Assembly: GCA_964304625.1 (NCBI GenBank)
Contig: OZ199838.1
Location: 7,520,035 to 7,584,034 of the forward strand
Source: Kudoa neothunni
Lineage: Eukaryota; Animalia; Cnidaria
Reading direction: 5' to 3'
Length of the DNA stretch: 64,000 bases
Position numbers and translations under genes: made by a program. Under the pieces are notes generated by a model. It was given only the letters and a program-made list of their open reading frames with translations. It was not told the DNA's origin and did no database searches. Shown here one piece after another: positions 1 to 12,323 of this stretch (the stretch's first letter is position 1; each line of letters starts with the position of its first letter).

Positions 1-34
1 AGGAAACCCGAGCGAAGCGGGGTTTTTGCGCTAG
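1..34 (+). mobile_element. Helitron-like 3' terminus (element extends left of window)
   Basis: GC-rich hairpin AAACCCG-AGCGAAG-CGGGGTTT followed by GCG-CTAG (31-34), the canonical hairpin + CTRR Helitron 3' end. The same GCGCTAG end recurs at 222-228(-), 562-568(-) and 13542-13548(+). Confidence 0.6.
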
Positions 35-868
35 CCTATATATGTAAAGTAGTAGTGTCCGTGTGTGTGTACAAATTATATTCTTATACAGAGACTTCTT
101 TTAATTTTTTCCAAGTTGTGATACTTATAAAATTGTATTTAGTATTCGAAAAATAAAATAATTACAATATTCCTTAAATTAGTAGTTATTTTAAGATGTA
201 TACATTTTAAGAGAAGATTAACTAGCGCAATAACCGGATTATCCGTGATTAATCTATTTACCTAATCAACAATTGGAAACTATTTATCGATATCTATTAA
301 TTAAAAATGCGGCGTTAATAGCGCTATTATACGTATTTATTTGTAGTGTCACGGAACGTGATCTTATTGGCAGGTTTAACTCATGAATGCGAAAATTATC
401 CTAATATAATCTTATTCGATTATAATAACGAGTGGGTTTTAGAAAACTTCCTTTATCGTGAAAGTCCTAATATATTTCATAGTAGAAAATAATTTACTAT
501 ATCAAATTTGAATAAAATAATTTTTAATAATTATTATTTCAAGCTATAATTCCATATTGATCTAGCGCGAAAACAACCGCTCATATTCAATTAAAAAAGG
601 AAGATAAACGTGGGCTAACTGATAGCCAGATAACATCAAATGATAAGGTTTTAATGAGTTCAGTTAAGAATATAACAAATAACTTCGAATAGCTACGATA
701 TATTAGTTCATGTGAAAATAAGATTTTCATGTGTAATTCGCAGAGTATCATCTCTCATATGATGGAGATGATTAAATAATAAAATCAGGGCTGCGAATAA
801 CACATTCATCAACAAGTTTAACACTTATCCTTGTGGTTTAATGGTATTGACATTTTATATTACCTTAA

Positions 869-2686
869 CCCTCTAAGGTTTTTGGAGTGTATTACACCCC
901 AAAGCGACTTTAAAATAAGCATATCTCTCTTTGCAAATAACCAACCAACTGATAACTCACGTTATTCTTGTATAAACGTCTATAATATAGGATAAAATAT
1001 GAAAATAAAAAATTTATTGAATATATACATTTTTATCGGAAGATTATCTTCTAAGGTTTTTGGGGTGAATTTAACACCAGATTTTTTTGTGTTTAAAAAA
1101 CAAGTATATTATTTTAAACATAAATTAAAAGTTTTGGTTGTTTTAAACGGGTAGATGATTACGAAAATCATGATTGAAATTGAAGTATTTTGTGTGCGCG
1201 TGCGTGAGCCGGGTTGTTGAGCATTTAGCATGGGTGATTTCGGCGACTTCAATGATGAATGTGGTTCATATGATAACGAATATGACGATTTTATTATCGA
1301 AGATTTTGAAACCGATGAAGAGAGTATTGGAGAGGATATTGTCCATAGTAATATTTTAATAAGTAAAAGCGATATCACATGGAGCGATACAAAGCCACCT
1401 GCGACAAAAACCATCGCCGCAAACAGTATGGAATCTGCACCTGGTCCTACTTCGTATGCATTTTTTAAGATAAAAACAATTGTCGACTGTTTTTTGCTAT
1501 TTTTCAATGATTAAGTATGCTCAACAATAATAAAATACATCAACGCGTTTGGCACAAAACATTTCAAAGAAGAGTGGTTTGAAGTAGACATTGTTGAATT
1601 TAAAGGTTACTTAGGCCTCCTTATACTGATAGGAACGCATAAAGATCGACAAGAGCTTTTATGTGAACTTTTCAGTGTCAAAGAAGGCAAAGAAATATGG
1701 CTTGAAATTTTTCATGTTGGCTGATCCGATCTCGAACTATATCTTGAATATCAGTATCTATTTGGGAAAGAACAATTCCGACAACACGAGACAATGTGAC
1801 TTTGGTGAAAGCATAATTCTCTCTTGGTCAATCCCTCTTTTTTATTCTGGCCGAAAGGTGTTGGCTGACAATTTTTTTTCGTCATTTTCGCTCGTCGAAA
1901 AATTAATGAATAAAAATCGAAGGCTGTCATTCTTTTGACAAGTGGCATTACAGACGACTCTGTATCGGATAAAGAGTTTAAATTCAAACCCAACGTCATA
2001 TTGAACTACAACCAAACTAGAGGTGGCGTTGGTAACATTGATAGAATGCTTGCATCTGTTTCAGTTCGCAGGTTTGCGAGGAGATAGCCCATGATAACGT
2101 TTTTTAATATGGTCGACCTGTCCTTAGTTAATGCGTTTGCATTATATAGAGATATTTTCAGTGATTTAAACAAGAACAGGCGTGCATTTCTGAAAGAAAT
2201 TGCTCAATTTCTTTGGGATCCTCTTCTCTCTAGAAATATGCCAAGCAAAATCATAAAGAATGTACCAAAAGGTGATATTTTCCGAAGAAAGCACCTCCCA
2301 GCAGTCTGAAACAATGTAGATGTGAATATTGCGAAAGAAAAAAAGACCGTAAAACATCGCAATGGTGCAAATCTTGTTTCAAATATTACTGCTCGGATCA
2401 TTCATCTAACACTTGTTGTAAATGTGAAAAATTGCGTCTATTATCATTAAATATTTTTTTTCACTTGCAATTCATTTATAATTGGCCAGTACTCTTAGAA
2501 CAACAAATTAATGTTATATCTCAACTAACGAGTATAAACGAATTCTGCGTATAAGTGTAATAAATCGGATTAGGGTGGGATTAATGCGCATATATCGTTA
2601 TGTATTTATAGGGGTTCCTTCCAATGGATTTGCTTTATAATTTACAAATAAAGATGTGGGGTATCGAATTTTGGATCGTTAGAGGG
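869..2686 (+). mobile_element. piggyBac DNA transposon copy 1, degenerate and internally deleted
   Basis: TTAA at 865-868 and 2687-2690; TIR CCCTCTAA...TTAGAGGG. Transposase fragments 1230-~2430 (YGLKFF, ADNFFSS, C-terminal Cys-rich remnant) with stops and frameshifts. Same family as the copy at 53131-55399. Confidence 0.93.
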
Positions 2687-2690
2687 TTAA

Positions 2691-5082
2691 CCCTTTCATG
2701 CCTGAAAATCAAGCTGTAATAATTTTTTTTTAAAAGCGGAAAAAGATTTATATTTTTAGTAATAACAACATATATAAAAATTTTGGAAATATTTTATTAG
2801 GAACCATATCTAATTACATGTTGCCATATGACAACATTCGGAGACACCTTACTCCCCAAACAATGTTGCGCGTGCGCGGTTGGTAAGGAAGACTTCTTTG
2901 CGCTCCAAATTACGCACATTTGACACATTTAATAACAAAAAAATACTACTAATTTTGTTTGTGGAAATTTAAATGACAATTTCTGTTGATATTTAAGCAT
3001 AGATGAATTTTATATTTCATGCGTACAGTTCTAGAGTGCATTCCGCACAATTTACACCTAGCTTTCGTTGATGTACATGAAGGGAAGTAGGAAATTTCGT
3101 CAAAACGCACAATAGCATTTACTTTTGATTCTGGTAGACTATAGATACTACTAGACATAGGAATCGAGATAGTGATACCTTATGTGGATGGCCTCCCTCT
3201 TTTACTCGCAACACTTACCATTTGATTCTCATGCATCAATCGTTCGCTTACCGAAACATTGAAATCTAACAAACACAAGCTTTTCTTTGTTGGGATTTCA
3301 TGTAAGGAACATTGACGTTTATATGAGAGCCATCCGTTAAGGATGCATTGGTTTATCACCCACAAGAAGATTCTCTCGTACCACTTTTTGGACTTGTGGT
3401 CAAGTCTATACAGAACCATTAGCATATCGAAAAAGTCTACACCGCCCATATTTTGGTTATACATTTTAATTATATTGGGGCAGTCAATTTTTATAACCTT
3501 TTTTGCCTTTCGATCATATCTATCAATAGAGCTCAAGGGGAAAATAGAGTGAGCCGTTGATGTCATTGTTACAGCTGACCCATCTAATCAACGTACAATG
3601 TTTGTTTTATAACAACCGTCAAGATGTAAAGCATATTCGTAACTTCCTCTTTTTAGCTTCCTAAACGTCTTATCATCACTAAATGGACAATTTCTAAGAC
3701 GATTCGATCTTATTGCACCGATTGAATGATGGCCCATCTTCAGCAGAATCGAGTGTAATGATAACGTGGAAAAATAATTATCATAATAAAAATGATGCTT
3801 GCTTCCGTTCTTTATGGATCCTGCTAATTTTAATACGATGTCAGAGGAGTGAAAACCAGAACTTTCACCATCGTATTGAAAATCCCCATCTTCAAAAAAG
3901 TCGTGCACTATACCACCAGAGCCATTTCTAGTGAAAACCTTGAAACCCCATTTTGTAGGTTTCGAAGGCAAGTATCTCTTGAGGCCAGACTTACCTTTAA
4001 ATGGAATCATCTGCTCATCCACACACTGGTTGTATTCAGGTTCAATTTTTAGGCATTCTTCCCCTATCATATTTAACAGGGGTCTCACTTTAAAGAAACG
4101 GTCGCAATCTTTACTGGTTCTAGAAGTCGCTAGTTTATTATTATCGCAAAAATGTATATATCTTTGGATGAACTCAAATCGATCTCAGGGCATTTTTTCG
4201 GATATTGAACTACAATTGAGTTCACTACACCAATAGTTTCTTATCCGTGGTAATTTGATTATTGACACACGTATAAGCATCCCAACGTATAATTTTATTT
4301 CGTTTGTTGTGGTTCTAAAATTTGAATTGTTCTCTATGGCATAATTATTAGTTTCTTTACATATGCATGAGCTCGAACAATTCATCTGTAAAGAACCTGT
4401 TGAAATATAAATAAGGATCCAAAATTGGTTCCATTTTAAATTCCACGCTTGATAATAAACTTTCTTCGATTATATGTGATACGTTTTTTACGTAATTAGG
4501 ATGATCACTATTGTATTCTTCTTTATCAGTGCTGGCGTCTGAAAGCGAATCACATTGTAGGTTGTTGCTTTCATCATCAGATATATTCTCGGCGTCAGAT
4601 TTATCAGCATCTGGAAGCAATATTAATTCCTCAACTATTTTACAATCAACATTTATCTTTTTCACTAACTCTGCATCCACAGCAATGTTGATCCTGAAAA
4701 ACGGCACGCGCGCCGAATGTTGCCATATGGCAACAAGCATTAAGCTACTACTCCAAACTAGAGTTCTTTAAGATTATATGATCTATACAAATTTTTGTAG
4801 AAAAAATGTACCATTTTATAATATATATTTTTTTAATGCAGTTAAAATAATTATTAGGGTGTAAATTTAGTGCCATAAAATGACCTTTTTATTGATTGAA
4901 AAATTTCAATTTATGACGTATTTTTACTAAGAAATTTTAAAAATTATCTAATTTAGCGTTTGATAAAAGAATAAAGATTAATTTAACTTTTTTTTAATGC
5001 TTTAGTTGTTAAATATAATACTCATTGAGGAATTATAACAACAATCCGATGTTGCCATATGGCAACATTCGGCGTCAAAGGG
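2691..5082 (-). mobile_element. piggyBac DNA transposon copy 2, degenerate
   Basis: TTAA at 2687-2690 and 5083-5086; TIR CCCTTTCATGCC vs CCCTTTGACGCC. Transposase fragments 2949-4740 with VDEQM, DNYFS and MGGVD motifs and C-terminal CxxC. Subterminal palindrome GTTGCCATATGGCAAC occurs three times. Confidence 0.93.
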
Positions 5083-5477
5083 TTAATAACAAATAGATCT
5101 GCCTAACATTCGAGAGTTTGATTAAATGAAATAGATGGATTCACAGTTTCCGATTAAACTTCATCAGATGTGTTGTTATCATTTGTTTCATTGTTTTTCA
5201 CATCCTCAATTATTTTTAAACATATGTTTAAAACATTATCAGGTGGCCACTTTTCAATAACATCATGAAGTTTTTCATTCAATTCTGGGACTGTTCCGTC
5301 AAAAAAGCTTCCAGCTTTAACATGAAACATAAAATATTTTAATTTAACCTAGTCTTTAAACCCTTTAAATCTTCTGCTAAAATGATCACTATTATTGTTA
5401 CATTCCTATGTAACGAATCTTCTCGCAGTTGTAATTGTATTCTCAGTGTAAATAAACCACCATTCACTTTTACTTAA

Positions 5478-7875
5478 CCTTCCGAGCGCTTTGGGGTCTA
5501 TTAGACCCCAAAGCATTTTGTGTTACTAATTTTATATACTTATTGGAATCAGATAAAATTTATATCTGATGTATTCTCCTACGAGGAACACATGAATATT
5601 ATAATACTTTATTTTATAAAAATATTACAGTTATAAGGGAAATAAATAAACTTTATACACTTTGTGCTTTTTGGGGTCTATTAGACCCCACGTTTTTATT
5701 GGCTCAAACAACTGTAAAAATTATTATATGCATCATATTAAAATTAAAACAGATTCTATCGAATCAATTAAAAGAAAATAACGAAACAAACGACTGTAGA
5801 TATGAGTGCGTCTGATGATATATATTCTGATAGTTGTGAAAGTTACTGCAGTGAATCCGTTGATGTGGAACAGTATAGCGATAATTTGTCCGATTCTTTC
5901 GAATCTGATGATAATGATATTGAATCCCTCGATGTATACTCCGACAAAAATGGTGTAATATGGAATACTGAAGTCTCGAAAACATCGAAAGTGTGCCAAG
6001 AAAATATTTTAAACAAAGTCCTGGGTGTTACTGCATATGTAACACATAGAATAAAAGGATTTGCTGATTGCTTAGATATATTTGTTGGTGACGGCATTTA
6101 TGATACCATTTGACGAAATACAAATAAATTTGGCTCATATCACTACAGTCGATCTTGGAAACAGTTATCAAATGTGGAATTCCGCGCCTACATAGGTGTG
6201 CTGATATATCTGGCAATATTTAAATCAAAATTAGAGTCTTTAAAACACTTTGGAGTAAGGATAAAGGTAGGGAAATATTTAGAAGTATCATGCCTTTGAG
6301 GAGATTTATCGAAATTACAAGAGCACTCCATTTCGACGATTATATAACCAGAGCCGAAAGAAAACCAACTGATAAATTTTGCCAAATACGGGAAATATTT
6401 GATAAATGGAAAGAAATTCTTCCTATTTGTCTTGTTCCTAATTCCAATTTAAACGTTGATGAGCAACTGGTTGCTTTCAGGGGGAAATGCCCTTTCAAGC
6501 AATATATGCCTTCTAAACCGGCTGTGTATGGAATCAAATTTTTCTTGCTTGTTGACCCATCAACGAACTTTTGTCACAGTATCTCGATTTATCTTGGAAA
6601 ACAAAATAATCAAAGAGCAAAATGTTTAGGTGAAAACATAGTGTTAGACCTTGTGCCTTATTTAAAAGACAGTGGTAGAAATATTGTCGCTGATAATTAT
6701 TTCACGTCAGTTCCCCTCGCCAATAAACTATTAAACCTCGGTATGACTATGGTTGGAACCATCAGGCCAAATAAAAGAGACATCCCCGAAGTATTGAAAG
6801 AAAATAAATCAAGGGAACTATATAGTTCACTTTTTCTTTTCCATGGGAAAAAAATGTTGGTGTCTTACGTCCCAAAAAAAAATAAGTCAGTTATACTTTT
6901 GGTTACCCCCTCAGTAAATACAAATGTGGCTTCTGATGAATGCAAAAAACCTGAAGTCATTACATATTACAACAAAAATAAAGGTGGTGTGGATACTGTC
7001 GACCGAATTCTCGCTTCGACTAATGCTAAAAGATACTCAAAACGTTAGCCAACCGTTGTTTTTTTTTAATATTTTAGGTATCAGCCTAATAAACTCATTT
7101 TATCTTTACAAAGCCGTATTTAATGACAACAAAATTAGGAGAGAACAGTTTCTGGATAAACTTGCGGACGAATTTGTCAAACCATTTGTGCTAGAAAAAA
7201 ATGTGCTGGTTAAAACTCAACTATTACCAAAAAATTATCCTATTCCTTTGCCAAATTGCCAAAAAAGATGTGCACTGTGTTCAAGGAACAATGACCGAAA
7301 AACTAAGAATTCGTACCTTATTTGTTTAAGATTTTGTTGTGAGAAACTCTCAGTTTGTTTGCGTTGATTGCTCAGCAAATAATAGAAATTAATATTCTTT
7401 GATGATGGTTTTCTATCATTTCACCTCAAGTAATTTGAGATTTCTCTCAATTAAAATTTAAGTTGCATGTAGGGTCATTCGAATTCGCTTGAACCATTTA
7501 TTAATTATATCGACTTCATTAATTTAGAATGACTATTTTAATTCCTATGAATAATAATAATAATACGGTATTTATTTAACGGAAAACTGTAAAAATATAT
7601 ATGCGTATGTAACTAAGAATACTTATTAGAATATTTGATAAGTTTTCTACTAAATCATTCAGGTTTATAAATGTTAAAATATTGATTAGACGATCAAATC
7701 CCCCTGAAATCAATTTATTTTGTGAATGAGAAACGATTATTATCACACGGGACTGGGGCGAAGTAACCCTAAGAAGGAATTAAATCTATCGCCTTTAATG
7801 AGCCAATAAAAACCTGGGGTCTAATAGACCCCAAAAAGCACAAAGTGTATAGTGGATTTTGAGGCGCTCGGAAGG
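5478..7875 (+). mobile_element. piggyBac DNA transposon copy 3, degenerate
   Basis: TTAA at 5474-5477 and 7876-7879; perfect 12-bp TIR CCTTCCGAGCGC. Transposase 5802-~7383 in fragments (VDEQL, DNYFTS, KGGVD, RCALC). Palindrome TGGGGTCTA(T/A)TAGACCCCA occurs three times. Confidence 0.95.
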
Positions 7876-8387
7876 TTAAAATACCCATTTATAGATTTTA
7901 TTCTCAACGTCACAATTGAGGTCTTATTTAAAGTTTTTTGATAATTTTGCGAAAGTCCTAAACCACCTGATTTAAAAATTACATCTCTTATTAGAATCCC
8001 ATTCAATGTTGACATTATTTTCAGGTCATACTTATCCATAATCATTTTATGAAATTTCTCAACTAGTGTACTGAATCGTAACATTGAATTATTTTGTATT
8101 TCTCAGAAAAGCTTTCGTAGTTTCGCGGTTTGATAGATTTTATTTTTATTCATATCATAGTTAAGAGTATTCTCTTTATTATACGTAAGAATTAGAAAAT
8201 TCAAATGTAGATTTGTTTAATAAAAGTGGCGATTACGTACGACACCTGTCGCGTTTCATTGTCTTTTGACATACACTTTAAAACAAAAAAATATCTTTGC
8301 AAAAAAGGTAAGATATTACATAACCTCTAACAAAATTGAATTTATTTCTGATATTTATTAAAAACATAAAAAATACTCAACTACAAA

Positions 8388-8815
8388 ATGACCATTGAGG
8401 GACTTTGTTTTTGTGCGCAGGCACAAATGGTGTTACGTCATGGGCTAGTTTTAAGTTTTGTTCGCTTTTTTTCTTCAAATATCTCTAGAGAATACGAGAA
8501 AAGAGGCTACAAAGTTATAAAAGCAATGAAACATTATGACGATCGCATTAATAAAACCATAAAAAATATGCGACATTTAAAACGAGATAAAAAGAGACCT
8601 AAAAAGAAACGAAATACGGATAAAACGTAATACATAAAAATTATATGATTGTAACTATTTTTGACTAGGCTGAAAGTTGTGTCTTTATCACTCATTGCAG
8701 CATTGATATACGGAGGTTACATCATCTATAGTAACTTGTGTTTGTGTAATTTTTTAAGATATTTATTTTAGATTTGACTGTTGAGCTATATTCTGACCGT
8801 AGAGTAGAATTCTAG
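8388..8815 (+). CDS. Putative small spliced gene: basic protein with C-terminal transmembrane helix; 5' exon uncertain
   Basis: GT-AG introns 8627-8668 and 8731-8771 join in phase to give ...KRDKKRPKKKRNTDKTLKVVSLSLIAALIYGGYIIYNLTVELYSDRRVEF* (TAG 8813-8815). Confidence 0.5.
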
Positions 8816-9009
8816 ACATTTTGTATTTTTTGTAACACTTCTTTTTCATTTTACGCGTTCCTTCTCACAATCGTAAAGTTGATAGTCTGACGTCACATAC
8901 TGCGCAATATCTGCAAGTCATTAGTAAAAAAACGCCCAGAAATTATAGAAAAAGTAAAATAGAAATTTTAAAACAAACATTGTTTATGAAGTAAATAAGC
9001 AATTTCAAA

Positions 9010-9320
9010 TTAACATCTAACCAACGCAGCGATTGTCATAAACAGGCCAAATGTTGCACCACCTTGAAGTGAACTTTTGGCCGCTTCCTTCACTAGATGT
9101 GTGCGTCTCAGTCCATAACTAATTTGTTCAGGTTAATTCAATTCAACAACAGTACTGCACAAGTGGTATTTGAATTTAAATGTTAAACAACTTACTAATA
9201 TCCAGCACATGATGACATAATGGCAGAAAATATGAATCCTGTAGTGAATCCAGTCCTAAAACCATAAACTGCCTGCTCGAAACAAGAGCTCCTAGGGGTT
9301 CTACTGTAACTTACTGCCAT
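9010..9320 (-). CDS. ROMO1: Reactive oxygen species modulator 1 / Mgr2 family mitochondrial inner-membrane protein, 77 aa
   Basis: Exons 9320-9196 and 9118-9010 (GTAAG...AG intron) translate to MAVSYSRTPRSSCFEQAVYGFRTGFTTGFIFSAIMSSCAGYYYGLRRTHLVKEAAKSSLQGGATFGLFMTIAALVRC*. This matches ROMO1 (SCF..., G.TFG.FM.I....RC). Absent from the ORF track. Confidence 0.9.
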
Positions 9321-9388
9321 AATGATGCGCACACATCTGTGCCTAAATCCAGTCTGGTACAATACTTTGACTTTAGGTGGTTGTTCAA

Positions 9389-11097
9389 ATGGGTATTGGC
9401 GATGAATTAGTTCAAAACAAAGATCTTGGAAGCGGATTGTACTATTTTTTGTTGTCTATCGAGCTCATATGCCTTTTTAGAAACAATGTTTTCTTGGCCT
9501 CAACTGAGTATGTTAATGATTTGCCAGATCTTTCCTTCAACCTAAAACAATTTCTTTATCCATTTAATCTCCAAAAGTATTATTAATTTTTTTTATTCTT
9601 TTTGTACTGTATTGGGTTTGCAGATACAGCGAATATATGACGCCGCAGTTTGCCAAAAACTGTGTAAATGATGAGTTTATTGGTTGTGACAATGCTTTTG
9701 GTATCGACTTTTTAAATTTGGGGAAATATGATCAATTATCAAGTCAAGGTATTTTTTCCATTAAACACCTGCTAAAATTCGGTTAGAAATGTTGGATTCT
9801 GAAGATTTGAAACTCATTGTGGATAGCAATCAAAATTTGAAAGCCAAAGCTCGGTAGACATCCGATATTTCATAATTTTGGCCAATAATATTTGGCATCT
9901 AGAACTCAAAATCACACAAAAAATATCTCTTGGCTGCGTAAAACCGAATATATTTCTGCTGAGTCGGTGAGAAATACAAAAATGTCCGACTTGGTTGATA
10001 AAAAGTGATTCAAAATTGCTTAATATGGATTAAATTGTTGTTAGATTGATACAGAACGCTGAGATCTATCAAAAATGTACAGACTCATACAAAGTAAATG
10101 ACGTTATATTGTGAAAGTTAATTTTTTCTAGTCGCTAAGCGCTCAAATCGATGCTATCAACTCCACATTCGATGATAATAAAGTTGATGTAATTTTGAAT
10201 TTTTCCATCTTTTTGTAGTGTATTATTATTTCAGCCGATACTGCACGCAAAGAAACCAAAGAACGTCACCCCAGTTGAAGTCATTCCTATTTTACCCTTC
10301 ACAGAGCTGGTAACTTGTTAATTTTTTTTACCTGTTCATTCTTGTATGTAACAATTGCTGAGAAAAACCAAGTTTTGTTTTCGAATTTAATTTGTTTACA
10401 TTATTCGGACTGGGCGGGATGTATTGTTAGTGATTTTTTCTTGACATGTAATAGCCTGACTCATACAAAGGTGCTCAAGTTTCTTTTGATAACTACCCAA
10501 CTTTCTATGGAAGTGATAAAATGATAGATCAACATGATGCTACCAATTCCATTTTAAGGTATATTCCACCCATTAAGTGCAGAAAGGGCTTTCAAATGGA
10601 ACATTTTAGAGGTTTATCTGATGAAAATGGAGACTATGTCGGATATTATATTCCAAAGAAAATATCAGTTTTATCTGAATCAATTGATGCTGGAAAAATG
10701 TAAATTGGACATTCATATTTAGTATTAATTTAATTATCTACAAAAGATCGAAACACTTTCAACTTCTTCGTGAGTACAATTGGAATATGAATTCAAGCTC
10801 ATCAAATATGGTTAATACAATAACAATTCAATTCACATTTATTCCGTTGTATTAGGATATGTATGCTTTGGTTGAGGACAAGAAATCAGGGGCATTTGAA
10901 TATATAGCGGTTCCTTCAAAGTAAGTTCATTCATCGTTGGTTTTAACAAATCATATCGATTTTAATTCAGAATTAAAATGAATAAAAGACTTTTTTCCGA
11001 TCGATCGATTGATAACTTTCCAACGGGAGTACCTCATATGAACCTAATTGTTGAAGAGGAGGATTCCACCAAGAATTGCGATGATGTGTTATCTTAA
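9389..11097 (+). CDS. PAF1: RNA polymerase II-associated factor 1, multi-exon
   Basis: Exonic peptides YVNDLPDLSFNLKQFLYPF, WLRKTEYISAE, QIDAINSTFD, HAKKPKNVTPVEVIPILP, RGLSDENGDYVGYYIP and REYNWNMN appear in PAF1 order, separated by short GT-AG introns. Stop TAA at 11095-11097. Confidence 0.9.
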
Positions 11098-12323
11098 TGT
11101 TTTAATAATTTTTCCAACATTATTGTTTATTCAAATATTGATTTTTCTTACTTTATTGATAATGCTAGGCTATACAAAACCAATATACGAACTTTAAAAT
11201 AATTTAATAGCATAAAATTTCTGTTTTTTTATTATACGCCATTATTTTCATTTTCTATTTTAACTTCTAATTTCTTGTTGAACGTGATAGGTTTCATTAT
11301 TAGTAAAAAAATTTACCTATTCGCGATTTATTTCACGAAAATTACTTTCGAAATTTTGTATGACATTAAACATATTTTATTCTTTTAATACTAACTTATT
11401 TGTAGTTTATGTGTCCTTTTGGGTATCAGAGGTGGTCAAAAATTAATTTCTGTCCTAAAAATCAATTATTTCATATACAATCAATTAATTGCAATTATTG
11501 GCGATAATCCAACATCACTGGAGATCATTCATATATCTCGGCATAAAAATTTCCCATTAGTTATTTCAATTGCAAATAAAAGTAACAAGAAATTTATTAT
11601 ATTTTTAAACATTAATATAAAGTTTAAGCTAGAAAATTTAATTAATGAGTATAACGTCTTAATAATTATATTTGAAATCTCATATGGGGAGTTTAATATT
11701 TTATTAACAGAACTTATCTTTATTGAAAGCATCTAAAATTTGAACCACGTTATGCAACGCATACCTTGTTGTTACTTGAAATCATATAATCAGGTGTAAA
11801 TTGAAAAAAATTAAATAAATGTTTTTATGTTTATTTTTTAATTAAAGAATAAAAAAGACCAATGTAAATAATAAATTTTGACACTCAAGTTATAGCACAA
11901 ACTAAATACAACAACAGAACAATGAAATAGAAAGGAATTGACGATAAATTGTAAATTTAATGAAAAAACATTCTATACAATTTTATTGTCACATAATCTT
12001 TTATTTGCTTTTAGAGATATTTGCGGTTCTGGATTCAAGGGGAATACTTTTGGCAGAGGTCGCCTTAGGTACAGCCAGCGGCGCTGAATAACTTCCAAAC
12101 CAGATTAGAGGATGATAGAATAAATATTGTGTCCACATAATGAGGAATTTCAACTGTTTTTCTAATTTTCTTTTCTAAGGGTATCGAAAGCAAAATAATC
12201 GAATTTAATAAGAACCCTAGCTTCTTCTATTGAAATTTATTCGGACAATTTTGGAATGAACACAGCATGTTTCCTTCCAGAAGTTAATTCACCAATATTA
12301 TCCATTCGAATTTTGAAATAGTC

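Noticed and set aside
1109-7367. Many short antisense ORFs over transposases (also over PMS2, NCAPH and Gypsy pol)
   Set aside because: Shadow ORFs of real or decayed coding strands.
11419-11736. Overlapping Ile/Asn/Lys-rich ORFs on both strands
   Set aside because: Composition reflects AT-rich background; no motif.
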